Source: the human T2T-CHM13v2.0 reference genome, Homo sapiens. From it: a stretch of 64,000 nucleotides of DNA. How positions within the stretch are numbered: the stretch's first letter is position 1; every line of letters begins with the position of its first letter. Below the pieces are notes generated by a model. The model had not been told where the DNA came from, did not search any database, and saw only the letters and a list, made by a program, of their open reading frames with translations. The stretch is from NCBI RefSeq assembly GCF_009914755.1, contig NC_060938.1; one strand, written 5' to 3'. The translations under genes and the position numbers were made by a program. Positions 13,939 through 28,080 of this stretch are shown piece by piece.

Positions 13939-15740
13939 TTATTGTTCCTGTGGACTGTTCCGTAGATATTTGGGCAGAATAAAATGTGGTCTCTCTGTAA
14001 AAAAGGATAATATAGTTGGTCTGTTGTTTCAGTAGATCAAGAAAAACTGCTTCCTGATATTTTGTTCCTGGGATAAGATATTTAAACATTTAGGTACAGT
14101 CTCTCCTTTATATGCATTGTGTTAGAACTATAGGATGAACTTCAGGTTTTATTTCTTAGGAAGTTCCCAGCCATTCTGCAAAGATTTTTATCAATGAATT
14201 TGATCTTGACAAGTGAAATCAATGATGTATAAATAAGAGAAATAAATATAAATTAATGACCTGTTAGAATTAGTATGTTCTAATGAAGTCATAAGACATC
14301 AAAAGTGCACAGTCATAGCATTTTAATGCCCTATTGTCTCTTTTTAGCTTAAGGAATGCAGATTTCAGTTTTATGGATCATAGGAGTACAAATAAATAAA
14401 TTTATAAGTATCTCTAGTTAGCAGAAAATTTCTATCCCTTAAAAGCTGTTAAAATATTATTTTCTTAAATACATTTTCAGTTTTATCCTGTTTTAGATAG
14501 GCAGTTCACATTTTACTCTTTATTACTTGCTACATCACATTTTCTCACTAATTTATTTAAATGTTTATTTGATTTTTTGTTGGTTTTGAATCACATTTAA
14601 AGACTTCTGGATTTTTATGAGGCAATGAGACACATATACAAATACGTAGTTAGATGCGCTTAATCAGGTATCAATTCATACAAGATGTTCGTAGAAAGAA
14701 CTTTAGATTTGTAGTGCGAAGGAAACTTCTTCGAATAAAGATGGCTTTGAGAGACACGTTTATTTATCCTTCATCTGATGAGATCTGGGAGACAAAGAGA
14801 GATTAAGAGAAATCAAGCCTAGTTTCAGACCAACCCAAAGTTTATGCACAAGTACTGTGTTTTCAAATCTGAGGTCTGCTGCTGACACGCTATGTAATTA
14901 TGGTTAGGTAGCTGCACGTATGTGGTACATACATTGTCTCCTAAAGAGAAATTACTAATGACAGTCTTTATACTCTTCTATTCATGATCATCTAGATATT
15001 CAAAAATTGATAAACTTCCAGGAAATCTATCATTATTTTTATATTGAATGATGAAATGCATATAGTATTAAGTAAACTATATGACTGAAATGTCTTATCT
15101 ATCAGACTTCCTAAGGCATTAAATTGCTTTTATCTGAAACCTTTAAACTGGTTCCCAAACTTATTTAAATACTACTAAGTTAGAAGCATTTAGAAAATTG
15201 GTTGAGGTGCACTACTGAAAGCCAGCATATTCAGTTTTGTATCTCTCTTGTAAATTAATATTCCCCCAGTGATTGGTAAATACAACCTCATTTTCAACGT
15301 ATTTTGTAAGATGCTACAGTTTTCTGCTTTTATAAATTTTCGAGTAAAATCTCAAAACCTGAAAAAAAGGAAGGCAGCTAATGTTAAATATTGTTAAATG
15401 AATAAGATCCTGAGAAAATAAGTTTTCTCCTCCTAATATGTCCTCATAGTTTAATGATAAATGAGCTTCGTTTAAAAAACACTCATTTAATGTCCAAGAA
15501 AAGGAACATTTGGACACAAATGTAAAAGCAATAGCATCAGCTTTGTAAGACCAAATAAAGATAAAGGGCCCACATGGAGAATATCTTTTGATAGCATTAT
15601 CTTTCTTATGCTGGTATATTTAATCCCTAGGACAGAGATGGAATCATATAGATTGTTTCTATAGACTTATTTCCCAGACTTGCTATAGTTTTATCCCTTT
15701 GATTCATTGTGACACTGCATCTGGGACACCTTTATTATTT

Positions 15741-15897
15741 AAACAATTCTGATTATGTCACTCCCAATTTTGAAACCATTCATTTGCTTATATTGCCCCC
15801 AGAGAAAAATCTAAATTCCTTAATGAGGGTTAAAGAGCCCTTCAGGATTTGGCTTCTTACTTACCTCATCAACCCAGTTTCTTACAGCTCTCCACCC
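15741..15897 (+). mobile_element. L2 fragment
   Basis: tctgattatgtcactccc...aaatctaaattcctt matches the L2 3' region. Confidence 0.65.
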
Positions 15898-15899
15898 TG

Positions 15900-16830
15900 C
15901 ATTCATTTATTTAATCAATCAACATCTATCTTTTGAGTATCGATTGTGCATCAAGAACTGACCTAAACTGTGAGGATACAAAGGTAAATATGATCAACTA
16001 TCCATGTTCTCTTGAAATGTAAGAGTGAAGAGGAGGGAAATGTTCATTCACTTGTTTAACACATATTTGTTGAGACTCTATAATATACCAGGCACTGATC
16101 TAGATACTGACGAAATAACATTCAAACAATGAAAATTATGTCCTGAAACAGAGATAGAAATGCTCAAATATAGGCAATAAACAAGTACAGTAGCGCCCCC
16201 TTATCTGCTGTTTCACTTCCAAATGTTTCAGTTACTAGCAATCAACTGTGGTCTAAGAGTATTATATTACTCTTGGAAAGACAGAGTGAGCATAATATTT
16301 GCATAACATTTGCATAATATTTATTACAGTATATTGTTATAGTTTTTCTATTTTATTATTAGATGTAATTATTAATCTCTTACTGTACCTAATTTCAACT
16401 TAAACTTTATCCTTGGTATGTATGTGTAGGAAAAAACAGTGTTTTTAGAGTTTTATACTATCTGTGGCTTCAGGCACCCACGGGGGGTCTTGGAACATAC
16501 CCCTCTGTGGATAGGAGGGGCCTAATGTAATGATGAAAGTCAGTGATTATAAATTGCTACAACTATTAATATTGAGATTCTATAGGTTTTCATGATGGTA
16601 ATATAAGGGAGATGTGGTCACTTAAATATGTCCTGAAGGAGATGAGATCTAAGCTGAGAAAAAGGCTAAGATTGATCAAATCGTGGCAGAACCAAATAGG
16701 CAAAGAGTATAAACCAGTAAAGAGCTTAGAGTGTTGGAGATGTGAACCAAAGCATGAGAAACTAAAGAATAGTGAACATTTAAATAATGCTAAAAAAGTA
16801 AGAAGCAGGTAATAATGCAGAGTATTAAGA
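15900..16830 (-). mobile_element. L2 3'-end fragments, interrupted by MER44A
   Basis: ttcattcacttgtttaacacatatttgttgag...ccaggcactgatctagatactg; L2-like sequence resumes after 16530. Confidence 0.6.
16188..16527 (+). mobile_element. MER44A MITE, full length
   Basis: TA|cagtagcgccccct...ggataggaggggcctaatg|TA: both TIRs and TA TSDs present. Confidence 0.9.
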
Positions 16831-17029
16831 ATCATGGGAATGAGCGTGCAATCTATATTCTAAATATTTTGATTTCTGAGAAGGTGCCATGTTTTCAATT
16901 TACAATCTGTTTTCCACTTATATTGTTTTCTTTTACTTCTGCTATTATTTCCTAGTCACCCCTAGCATGACTCTTCTTCCTCAAAACCTTCCTTCTTTTT
17001 CCTTTATAACCCTTTTACGCTTCTACTTT

Positions 17030-17198
17030 GCCTCAGTTGTGGCATTCATCATACTATATTGTAAATCACAACTTATCTAAATCCATAGGCTGTAGTTTCC
17101 TTGGGCTGGTGCTATTTAATTTTAACCTTTCTGTCTTCAGCATCTAGCACAATGGCTGGCGCATAGCAAATGCCTGGAAAATATTTGTAAAACAAATG
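17030..17198 (+). mobile_element. L2 3' end
   Basis: cagcatctagcacaatggctggcgcatagcaaatgcc...aaatatttgt. Confidence 0.75.
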
Positions 17199-17199
17199 T

Positions 17200-18100
17200 G
17201 TTCATTTCCTAGTGTCAGCTCTGCCTCAGTGCATTTCATTCAATGTTAAGCTTGTTCAGCTCTTGAAATGTCAATTATCCCCAAAGCCAAGCAGCAGTGT
17301 TAGACATGGTGATTGCTCTCCTAAACGCCTTCACTTCCAGCTGGGATCCTGGACCTGGCACTGAAGCCAAGCTGCAAGTGACCTAATTAGTCCTTTGGTT
17401 ATTTCCAAAAAAATTGGGAATAATCATGAACGGGGATGGCCAAAAACTAGGACATGCAGAGTTTGATGAAAGCTGAAATGTCTACAGTGCCAGATGCAAG
17501 TCTTTTGGACAGTATCAATAATTCCCAAAACAAAGTAGTTTGCATTTTAACTGTTTTCTGGAGCTTTTATCAACAAAATATGTTCATTGACTACATTGAC
17601 TAATCAGATCTTTGTACCAGATTAGAAATTAACAGTGTGCTGGCCACAGAAATAAGATACAAAATCTCTCTCTTTCTGGCCCTGCTATAAAAGAATGTCT
17701 GACAGCATATTCAGCCAGATGCTGTGTATCTTTCCAGAGTGTAATTTTGGGGCTAATAGTGAGCTGCTTTCTGATCCCATGCTTCTAATCAATGTCAGGG
17801 AATGGAGGCTAAGAAGGAAACTCTCCCACAAGAACTCAGTAGTTGATAGATCTTTGACAGGCTTTTAATGTTTTTGTTTTTGTTTTTGTTTCCTGAAAGC
17901 TCATCTCTTGCTTCATAGTCACAGTTTGCTGGTGAGTCTGCGGGCTGATGTCACAGATAAGTGTAACTAATACCCTGTTAATATCGTATTAACTCAGGGG
18001 AAAAGCCAGGGACAAGATATTCTTTAAACAAGACAGCGTTCATGGAGTGGCTGATGAGTTTTAAGTTAAGCTCCATGTATTTAAGATGACGGTAACTGTT
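17200..18100 (+). promoter_or_regulatory. Candidate regulatory element or TATA promoter (repeat-free block)
   Basis: TATAAAAG at 17686-17693, strong donor CTG|GTGAGT at 17929-17937, plus GATA and CTTTG motifs; motif evidence only. Confidence 0.3.
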
Positions 18101-19106
18101 ACCAAGAAATTATACTCAATCTTTTGAACATTCCTGTAGGTGACTAACACACAATATCTTGTAAGAATTTGCTTTGGGGCCTACATGTCATTCTGAAGCA
18201 CTGAAGTGACAACTGACACTCAAAATATTTACTTACTTGGATGGAACATGGAAGTCTATGTACAAATATACAATTGAATAAAATCTATATAACCTACATT
18301 TGTGGATTTTATACTATGAGGTTTGTGATTCTTGAAATGAGTAATAAATAGTGTCTAGTTTTGAGGACAACAGCACCAAGGCCCAGCTTGAGAATCCAAA
18401 CAGTCAAAAAATACTGAGCAATATTGGAACCAAAATGGTTAAAGACCATGTATGATGATTTTAATGAAATACTTGAGATTTGAAAGCCAGGACTGCTTCT
18501 TTCAAACACGTGTATAAAAACGGGAAACTGATCATTATACTCACTGATGAGAACTTTAAGTTTTTCAAACATTAGGTGACTAGACTCTTGTACTGGGGCC
18601 AGTTCGTATAGATGTGCACATTGATATCATAAAATCAGCTAATAACAGATGAACAGGATGAAGAAGGAGCCTAGGGAATTAAATGCAAATATCTAGGGTA
18701 ATCCAGCTTTAAAGTTATTAATTTTTAACGCCAGCATTTCGTAAATGAGTTTTCTTTCACAGTTTAAACATTCCAATGGAGTTCTGCAGATTGATTCTGC
18801 TTCAGTGGAAATGCCAGTCTTTCTGTAAAATCACTTTCTGATCATAAAAATATAGGTGGGTCTTTGTTGTGTGTATAAATCTGTTGTACACATTAATTGA
18901 TCATTTTAATATTGAGTATAGATTTTAAGTATTGGAATGTAAACATATCCATCTAAAGTGGTCTGAGATCACTTCAACCAGAAGATGATGCACATTTCAG
19001 ATGAATATTCCCACCTCTTTTCTTTACTATATAGCACACAATTACTCTATAAAAAAAATTTCCCCTTTTTCTTTCATTTCTGAGTATAAATTCTGCCTCT
19101 GCTTCT

Positions 19107-19365
19107 AGGAGAAAATTCAGGGGTTCGTGGGGCTTGAAATTCATACAATTTTAGGGGCCCCATAAAAAAGAAATTGCATTTTTTTTATATTATTATACTG
19201 TACATTATATAACATTACAAATAAAAAAGGATGACAGTCAATATTTATTCAGAAATAAAAAGTCATCATACAAATTACAAGTTTTTAAAGATTGAAATAT
19301 GCATTATCATACAATCTTGAAAAATACCATTATTTTAATTTAACTTCCATTATCACACTCTGATA
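19107..19365. mobile_element. hAT-Tip100 fragment (Zaphod/MER115-like)
   Basis: gtggggcttgaaattcatacaattttagggggccc resembles the Zaphod/MER115 terminus. Confidence 0.55.
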
Positions 19366-19367
19366 CT

Positions 19368-19520
19368 ATTAGTTGTCATGTTTCTGTAGTCCCTTTAAAT
19401 CCGGAACTGTTCCCTAGTCTATCTTTATCTTTTATCATCATAACATTTTGAAGAATCTATGCCAATTGCTTTGTAGACCCTCAGCCTTGCTTGTCTGAAA
19501 TTTCTTGTGAAATGATTAAA
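19368..19520 (-). mobile_element. L1MC4/5-like 3' fragment
   Basis: ttagttgtcatgtttctgtagtccc...ggaactgttccc...ttttgaagaat. Confidence 0.6.
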
Positions 19521-21105
19521 TCCCTTCTTGATTGGTGACCTGAAGTATTATACTTTGTAAATGTCTTTTTTGTTGTTGTTTACCTGCTTTGTATATGTCC
19601 TTGTTTTATTCCACTGGCTGCAAATCTTCTTGCTACAATATTTGAAGTGGGGAATCAGAGAACACAAGAAGAGCAGCTAGCATAGAACTTGACAGATAGG
19701 TGTTACTCAATAAATAGCAGTTCCCTCCACTTCCATTTTCCTGCTTTGTGTGTCTAAATGTCTTTCAGAGTTACAATATTTTTTTCAGCTTGGCTACATC
19801 TTGCATCACTCAAGGGAAATTATTGTTACTGAAGTAATTTTTTGATGCCTTCTGCAAGTCTAGGTTAAAAAATATTGTTTGCTTTCTTGAACTCTTTGTC
19901 AACTGGAAGACCTCACTGTGTCCTCAGGCTTTTGTTCCTATTCATACTGCTAGCATCCTGTGGCATCTTAGCTGGTTTCGACATTTCTCCCATGCTCTTT
20001 TCTCTTTAACTGCATTCTCCTTCCATTTTCTTGCAGCAATCTTTATGATATTTTTCATTATTACTAATTGCCAATTTAAAGCATGTGTCATATCTCCCAC
20101 ACTTGATTAAATACACAGAAATAGAGATTTTAGTCTTATTTCAACTTGATTTTTTTTCCTCTACTTACTCTGATCTTTTAAATAACAGCTACAGTCTGTG
20201 CATTCTCCTGGCCAGAAGTTTGGGAATCTCGTTTAATTTTTCCTGTATATTCCCTGCATCGATCTCTCTGCTGTTAATTCTCTGATATCAACATTTTCCT
20301 CCCTTTTTCCGTGACTTACACTCTCATCTAAATGGTTATACTCACAACTATAATGTTGTCAAGTTCCCAGTGTGGAAACATTTTCCTTCAACCTATTTTA
20401 TGTGCTTCAGAACATATGAATTTGTCAAAATCTGTTTTTTATGCATACTGAGAACTTCTGGTTGAGAATACATTTTATGAAGGAACAAATAGATTATCTA
20501 GGGACAATAATCACTTGAATAATATATGCCAAAGATAGGTTAGTTAGTGTTATACTTGACACCCATCTGTTCCTCTACTCTTAGTATGCATGAGTATACC
20601 TTTAACTTTCTCCAAACCAACCTACGAATATGTCAAAGGTGTAGTTATTTATGCACTATCTTGTTCCTAAAAGATAGAAAATTTACAATTCATAGGAATA
20701 TATAAAATAAACAATAGCCTATAGAAGAAATTGGTGATACAGGAAAAGATATGTAAAACACGGGCAGGAATGCGAAATGAAGTCTAAAATGAAGCTAATA
20801 CAAAAAAAAAACATAAAGCATACCACCTCATAATATAAATATAATGTTCTTAGTGATTAAAGTCATTTCTCTTTATGGCAACTTAAATGAACTTTAGATT
20901 TCTCTTTGGAGGAATACTCTCAATGTATTCCATTTATTCATATTCTAAGTGTGACTTGTAGGGCAAATGCAGGCTGGCTGCTTTTACCTTTCAAGTGATC
21001 CACATAAGTATTGTTGATGTTGTTAGTGAAGGAGGACAAACTCATTGAGAGGGCATTCCTGCAATGCATGTCCACTCCCCTCGCATACAGTAGGTATTAG
21101 GTTAA

Positions 21106-21493
21106 TGTATTAGTCTGTTCTTGCATTGCTATAAAGAGCTACCTCAAACTGGGTAATTTATAAAGAAAAAAAGGTTTAATTGACTCACAGTTCTGCAGGC
21201 TGTACAGGAAGCATGGCTTAGGAGGCCTCAGGAAACTTACAATTATGGCAGAAGGTGAAGGAGAAGCAGGCACATAATATGTGGCTGGAGCAGGAGGAAG
21301 AGAGTGAAGGAGGAGGTGCTATACATTTTTAAACAACCAGATCTTGTGAGAACTCACTGTCACAAGAACAGCAAAGGGGAAGTCCACCTGCGTGATCCAA
21401 TCACCTCCCGCATTGTTGGAGGACCCTCCTCCGACATTGAGGATTACAGTTTGACATGAGATTTGGATGGGGACACAAAGCCAAACCATATCA
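21106..21493 (-). mobile_element. MSTA solo LTR
   Basis: tgtattagtctgttcttgcattgctataaag...ccaaaccatatca; 5-bp TSD gttaa at 21101-21105 and 21494-21498. Confidence 0.93.
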
Positions 21494-23219
21494 GTTAATA
21501 TGTGTGTAGTAAGATGATAAACTGAAATATTTATGAGCTTTCTTTACCTGTATTGTCAGAAACACCTACATCATCTGTAGAAGAACAAGGTGCATTATGG
21601 AAGAAATGCAAAGAGAAAGACCTAATGAACAATCTGTTTCAGAACTCCAAAATATCTTCTGAAGGCCACATGAGTACAATTATTCTGAATAGCAAAGCTT
21701 TTGATTAAAAAAGTATTTGGAAGAAAAATATGTCTTTGAAGATTAAAAAAAAAGTCATGTTCTTTGATTAATGGGAAATAAGCACAAAATAAGATCAGCC
21801 CAGGGAGAGTAGGTGAGCATCGTCAACTTGGGAGGTGGCAAGAACTGTATGGTCTGTAGGGCTGGCAGTGAAGGGGTGGAATCTGAGTGACCATGTGCAG
21901 AGACAGGTGGCACTGAGATATTTCTCTATGCGCTTTTTCTCATTATCAGTGAGTTGAGCAGAAGTTGAGACATCCACAGATCATCCCCTCTTATAAAAGT
22001 TAGCATGGCATTTTATTTTGTTTGAGAAATGTTTGTTTAGTTTTGTATTTAGCTCACTTCATATTCAAGCTAAGACTATTCTGTAATGCCAAGGTTAATT
22101 ATTTTTTCATCTCTTCATTAAGGAATTGTAAAATTTCTTTTAACTTTTAAAAGGCGAACTTTCTTGATCAATAATTGTTTTGATCTCTTTCAAATGTCTT
22201 ATAGTTTTCAGACTGCTAATGCACTAGTTTGCACTTACAGAGGGCAAAGATTATTATGCTTTCATGGAAAATATAATGGTTTATTCCCAAGGAATTAAAC
22301 TTATTTACATATTTTATGGCTAGCTTTATTTCTTTCATCAATTACCTTGTGATTTGTCTTAAGTGGGGAGGGGATATAATATAAGTCCTACTGGTCCATA
22401 ATTCCCTGTATAACCACAAACATCCTTTTAAAAGTTCAGGACAAACACAACATCCAGTGTTCTAGAAAATGATTATATTTCCTATTAATTATTTTGAGAG
22501 GTTTGTACTTTAGAACCTTCAGAATTCTCAGATGAATGCTACTCTTTTTCCAGAGGTTTAAAATTTTGTTCTCAACTAGCCATTTAAACATTTCTGTTTT
22601 TGATAACTTATGTAGGTCTTATTTCTCTTATCTATAAAAAACAAACAAACATATGAATATTTTTCACTACTGTGAGCAAAATATTGAACTTTTTTGTGAG
22701 TTTTACATACATTAAAAAGTGCACAATATGTGATGATTCTGTTATTTCCTTAAACTGTGTAAGCCTAATAGTAATGTCTTATATTAGAATGAATGTGTGA
22801 ATAGAATGCACTGTAGCACAGTATCATCTGTTTCAACAAATGTGACAAGTTCATCTACTGGTTTAAAATATACAAACACATAGTTAATTGCTCTCCTTTC
22901 AGAAAACATATTGGTTGTTTTCAGGTGTTGCTAAGAAAAATCAGGCTAAGATTAACATTACTATAATTTCTCCTTATATGTATATGTACAACAGTTGCTT
23001 AAGGATTTATTCCAGGAGTTGAATTATGGTGTCATAAGATATACGTATCTTTTACTTCTACCAGATAATGTCAAATCATTTTCCAAAGGTATCATATCAG
23101 ATTACATTATACCAGCAATTGTTCTACATTCTCACACTTAGTATTGTTAGACTTTTTAAAATTTTCTCTCTGGTGGGTGTAAAATTGTATTATATTGTGA
23201 TTGTGAAAAAGTATTTTAT

Positions 23220-23513
<294 letters not shown>

Positions 23514-24277
23514 TTACAATGACTAGTTAGGCTGATTGTTTTTTCATGTTTTTATTGGACAGGAATTTTTTCTTCTGTGAAATATGTATTTTTTTTTTCA
23601 TTTTCTATTGGAGTAATTATTTGCCTTTAATATGGTAAAAAAAATTTTGTAGTCTCTAGGTAGAAGTATTTGTCAGCTAATATTGCTGAAAAATTTTTTC
23701 AATTTGTATATTGTCTTTATGGTGACTTTTGATTAACAGGTGTCATAATTCCTTACTTTTAAAAAGTAAAAGTTCTAAATTTTGCTTTTACTACTTACAT
23801 ATTAAGTATTCCTGGAAATGATTTGTATAAGATGTGAAATAGAAATCTCACTTAATTTTTAAAAATAAGATCAAATAATTTTGTTAGTACAATTTTTTTT
23901 AACAATCCATACTTTTCCTATTGATTGGCAATGATAGTTTTATCATTTGGGATATAATGTGTAAGCCTGGGTACTATAGTCTCTGTAATTTATCTATTCA
24001 TTACTCAGTCTTAATTACTATATGTATATATATTGTCTCATTGCTTATGCTTTACATATGGTAGAGCAATTTCAACTCATTCAGGTATATATTGGAGCTA
24101 GATATTTTATATACATTTTGGTGTTAAAAAAACAAAAACAGAAACAACAAAACAGATGATATAGTGATGATGATTGGAGGTACTCTGATTTTATATATCA
24201 ATCCGGGGAGATTTGATATTGGAAATATTGAGTCTTCTTAGTCTGGTTATGATTTGCAACTCATATTCTGTAATGTC

Positions 24278-24504
24278 TTTTTTTTTTTAGTCCCCCTGGG
24301 CTAAGGTGATCCTCTCACCTCGACCTCCTGAGTAGCTGGGACTATAGGTGCATGCCACCATGCCCGGCTAATTTTTGCATTTTTTATAGAGACAGGGTTT
24401 CACCATGTTGCTCAGGCTTGTCTCGAACTCCTGGGCTCAAGTGATCTGTTCCTCTTGGCCTCCCAAAGCACTGGGATTACAGGCATGAGCCACCGCACCC
24501 AGCC
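24278..24504 (-). mobile_element. AluJb lacking about 70 nt of the right-arm 3' end
   Basis: Poly-T joined directly to the middle of the right arm; TSD tct(g/t)taatgtctt. Confidence 0.9.
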
Positions 24505-24596
24505 TCTTTAATGTCTTATAATAAAGTTCTGTAATTTTAGTTTTAGTCATAGATATTTTAGTTGTTTTAGAATAATTCATAGTAATTTATTACTAT

Positions 24597-24894
24597 TGTT
24601 TGAGATGGGGGTCTCACTTTGTTGCTCACACTGGAGTGCACTGACACCATCGTGGCTCACTGCAGCCTCAATCTCCTAGGCTCAAGTGATCCTCAAACCT
24701 CAGTCTCCCAAGTAGCTAGGACCACAGGTGCATGCCACCATGCCTGGCTAATATTTTTAAGTTTTTTTTTTTTTTTAGAGACAGGGTCTTGCTATGTTGC
24801 CCAGAACTGGTCTCAAACTCCTGGGCTCAAGCCGTCCTCCTGCCTCAGCCTCCCAAAGTGCTAGGATTACAAGTGTGAGCCACCAAGCCTGGCC
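24597..24894 (-). mobile_element. AluJ
   Basis: cactgcagcctcaatctcctaggctcaag is J-type. Confidence 0.92.
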
Positions 24895-25004
24895 TATTTT
24901 AATTTCTGATTGATAACTTATATGAAAATTTAATTTATTTTTGTATAATGATTTTATATCTAGCTTTTGCATTTAGAAATTTTGCCCATTTCTTGTATTA
25001 ATTT

Positions 25005-25610
25005 CACCTGATATTTTCTGTTGGTTCTGAGGCCCACACTCACCTTCAATTCTATCCTTCTACTGCTGAAGCTAGATACTTAAAACTGAGAATTTCTAGA
25101 ATTCCTTGAGAACGAGGTTGGGATTATTCCTGCCAAAGGTCAACACTCTCAGGAGATTAGAGAGGAGGAGAGAAGAGGAAGATGGAAGCCATTGGCCTGT
25201 GGCTTCCACAGGCAACTGTTGGCTTTCACAGTATCAGCAGCCATAGCAGAGGTGGTTTTAGGCAACTGGTTATAGCAATTGATTATGGCAATCATGGTGT
25301 TTGTGCTGGTAACCGGCAACGAATGGTGCCTTCTGTGGTGACTAGGTCATACTTGGGGACAGAAGGAAGTAAGTTCAGAAGAGCACAGGTTTTGGAGGCT
25401 GGTAACCAGCAAAGGGCTGAAGTTTTCTGCAGTAGTGCCTGCCCCGGCATAGACCACCAGATCTCCCTATAGTACCTGATTTCTTCCCCCATTTTTCCTA
25501 ATCTCGTTATTATTTTCACTTTGTTTTGTTTCTCTAATCCACGTAGAAATTTTGTAACCCAATTACTGGCATTAAATTCTTGTCTCTTATTTCCCTTTAA
25601 CTGACTGTAC
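25005..25610 (+). mobile_element. ERVL LTR (LTR33-like)
   Basis: caccttc...gctgaagctag...atttctagaattccttg...ctgccaa...caggagattag; 3' attaaattc. Confidence 0.5.
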
Positions 25611-27624
25611 CTTGAATTATATATTAATTATATATCTACAGATTTGGGGGGTTTTCTATTTAGAGTATCTTATAATATGCTTATTATGAAACACTTGTTT
25701 CTTCCTTTTAAATCTTGCATCTTATTTCTTTATCCTCTCTGATTACACTGACTTTAGCATCTTGTAAAAGATGGAATAAAATTGCTCACAGTAGGCATAG
25801 TCTCGATGTATAATATAATTTCTATTTTAAAAGGAATACATGATTTTAATATATTTCACTATGAGTTTTGGGTAAATATTCTTTATCATATTTGGAAAGT
25901 TTTCTTTTCTTCCTTGTGTTGAAGGATGTAACATGAAAGATTATAGACTTTTTATTTATATTTTTCTCCCTGTGTTTATCAAAATGATCATTTAGATATT
26001 CACCTTTACTCTCCTAAGGTGGCAAATTACATTAATAGTCTTTGACATCAAACTAACTGAAATCCTGGGTTAATCTCAAATTCTTCAGTAAGTTATATAT
26101 TGTTTCTGAGTTTTCTTCTGTGTTTTTGTATCTATATTAAATAGTAAAATGGATATAAAAAATTCTTTCATAATGTCCTTATCTGTTTTTGTATCAATGT
26201 TATATAATCTCATAAATGAGTTGTAGGATGGTTCCTCTTTTCTATTTGTAAAAAATTTCATCATCTATTATGTAATATTTATTACTTACTAATAAAACCA
26301 TCTAGGCATGGTGTATTTTTGTGGGAAAATTTAAACTTGCCGAATTAAGTTCTTTAGTAGTTACGGACTATTCAGATTATTTATTTCTTTTTGAGGCAGT
26401 TTTGTTAGTTGGAATCTCTGTAGGAAATTGTAAATTTCATCTAAGTTTTAAAATGTTTTGGCATAAAGTTTTACAGCTTTCTTATATCATTTGCTATGAT
26501 TCTTTCTCACTGGAAGCTGTTGATAGGTGCTAACTTCCACTATTTTGTCTAACGTCTGCTTTGACAACATTGCCATCCTGGCCAAGAATGTTGTCTACTA
26601 TTGCTTGCAAAATTTAAGATCTTAAGATATTAAAACAATGCACAAACACTAAGAGTTCTCAATCTGCTAAGAACATGACATATGTATATGTATATGTATA
26701 TATGTGTGTGTGTTTTTGCATAAACATGAACAACTCTACTCTCTCACTCTTCCTCACACATTTTTCCCATGTCATGAAGCATTAATCCTGTGCTTGTATT
26801 TCAGAGTCCCTTGAAGACTAAGCTCAGATTCAGCTTTCAGGGTCTCTCTCCTTGATATTTCAGCATGAATGATGCCTGGCGAGGGGGCTACTCTCCACAA
26901 TACACCATTTTTCAGTCTCTATGTTTCCTGTCCAGGCTGGGATGTTCCAAATACTCCTTCAGCTAGTGAATTTGCAAATCAACTCCTAGAGACTGCAGCC
27001 ATCACTTTATGAGATGAGATGTGCCAAACATGTTGATCAACAATGATTATTCATTTTGTCACAGAATAAATTTTTTTACTTCAATTATGAACCCTATTTA
27101 GTGATGCTGTTAGTATTTTAAATTCTTGTCAAGTTAAATTTTATAGTATTCAATATAAAATTTTCTATGTTAATTATTATAGTTTCCTGATAATGGTTTT
27201 GATGTTGTTTAGAAGAATATTTAAGTTTTTATAATAAAATTATGTTACTGATTTTTACATGTAATTTCATTTGATTACAGTATTAGACAAATCTACATCT
27301 TTCTAATAATTAATTAATGTCTTCTGATGTTTTAACTGTATTGATCACTGCAACGTAGCCCAATGACGTGTGTTTTAAAGGCTATCTGTACTGCTGTGTT
27401 TGTTTATGTATATAAAACAATAATTTCAATACTAATAATACTTTCATTTTATGTTGGAAGCTGTTATTTGGTACCTAATGTTCTGTTAATGTTATTATAC
27501 ATCAATTAAATTATCCTGTTTGCCTTTTACAATGCTTGTGCCTGAACTTTACTTTGGATAGAGACAGGAATATGATCAGGAATATAATCATTATTTGAAA
27601 TTATCATATTCCAAATAATGATAT

Positions 27625-28080
27625 GGAATTCAAAGGCGTGGCATAGATCAGAGATTAGAAGTTAATATTAAATACATAAAGATGGTGGATGAAGTCTTAT
27701 AAGGGAATGTTAATATTCATGGCTAGACAACAAAGAAATGAAGGAACCAGAGAACATAATTTTGGAAACACTAATATTTAAAGTATTGAAATAAGAGCTA
27801 GCAAAGGAGACTAACATTAAGTTGGTAGAAAAGTAGTTTGGCAAAGAAGTGGAACTAAAATAGAATATACCAAGAAGGTGGAGTTGTCAACAGCATCAAA
27901 ATATTTACTGTGCACAAAGAAGTTGACATCCACTTTCAGCCCATCTATTCAAATATATAGACTACAGTGTAAGATGGAAGACATTTTAAAATGTTTTCTT
28001 CACTGGGGTATCTCCAGATTCTAAAACATTGTCTGGCACTTAGTAGAAAGGAATAATATTTGTTTAATGAATTAAATAGA
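27625..28080. mobile_element. L2 fragments (minus, then a plus-strand 3' end)
   Basis: gagctagcaaaggagact...gtcaacagcatcaaa; tctggcacttagtag...atttgtttaatgaat. Confidence 0.6.
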
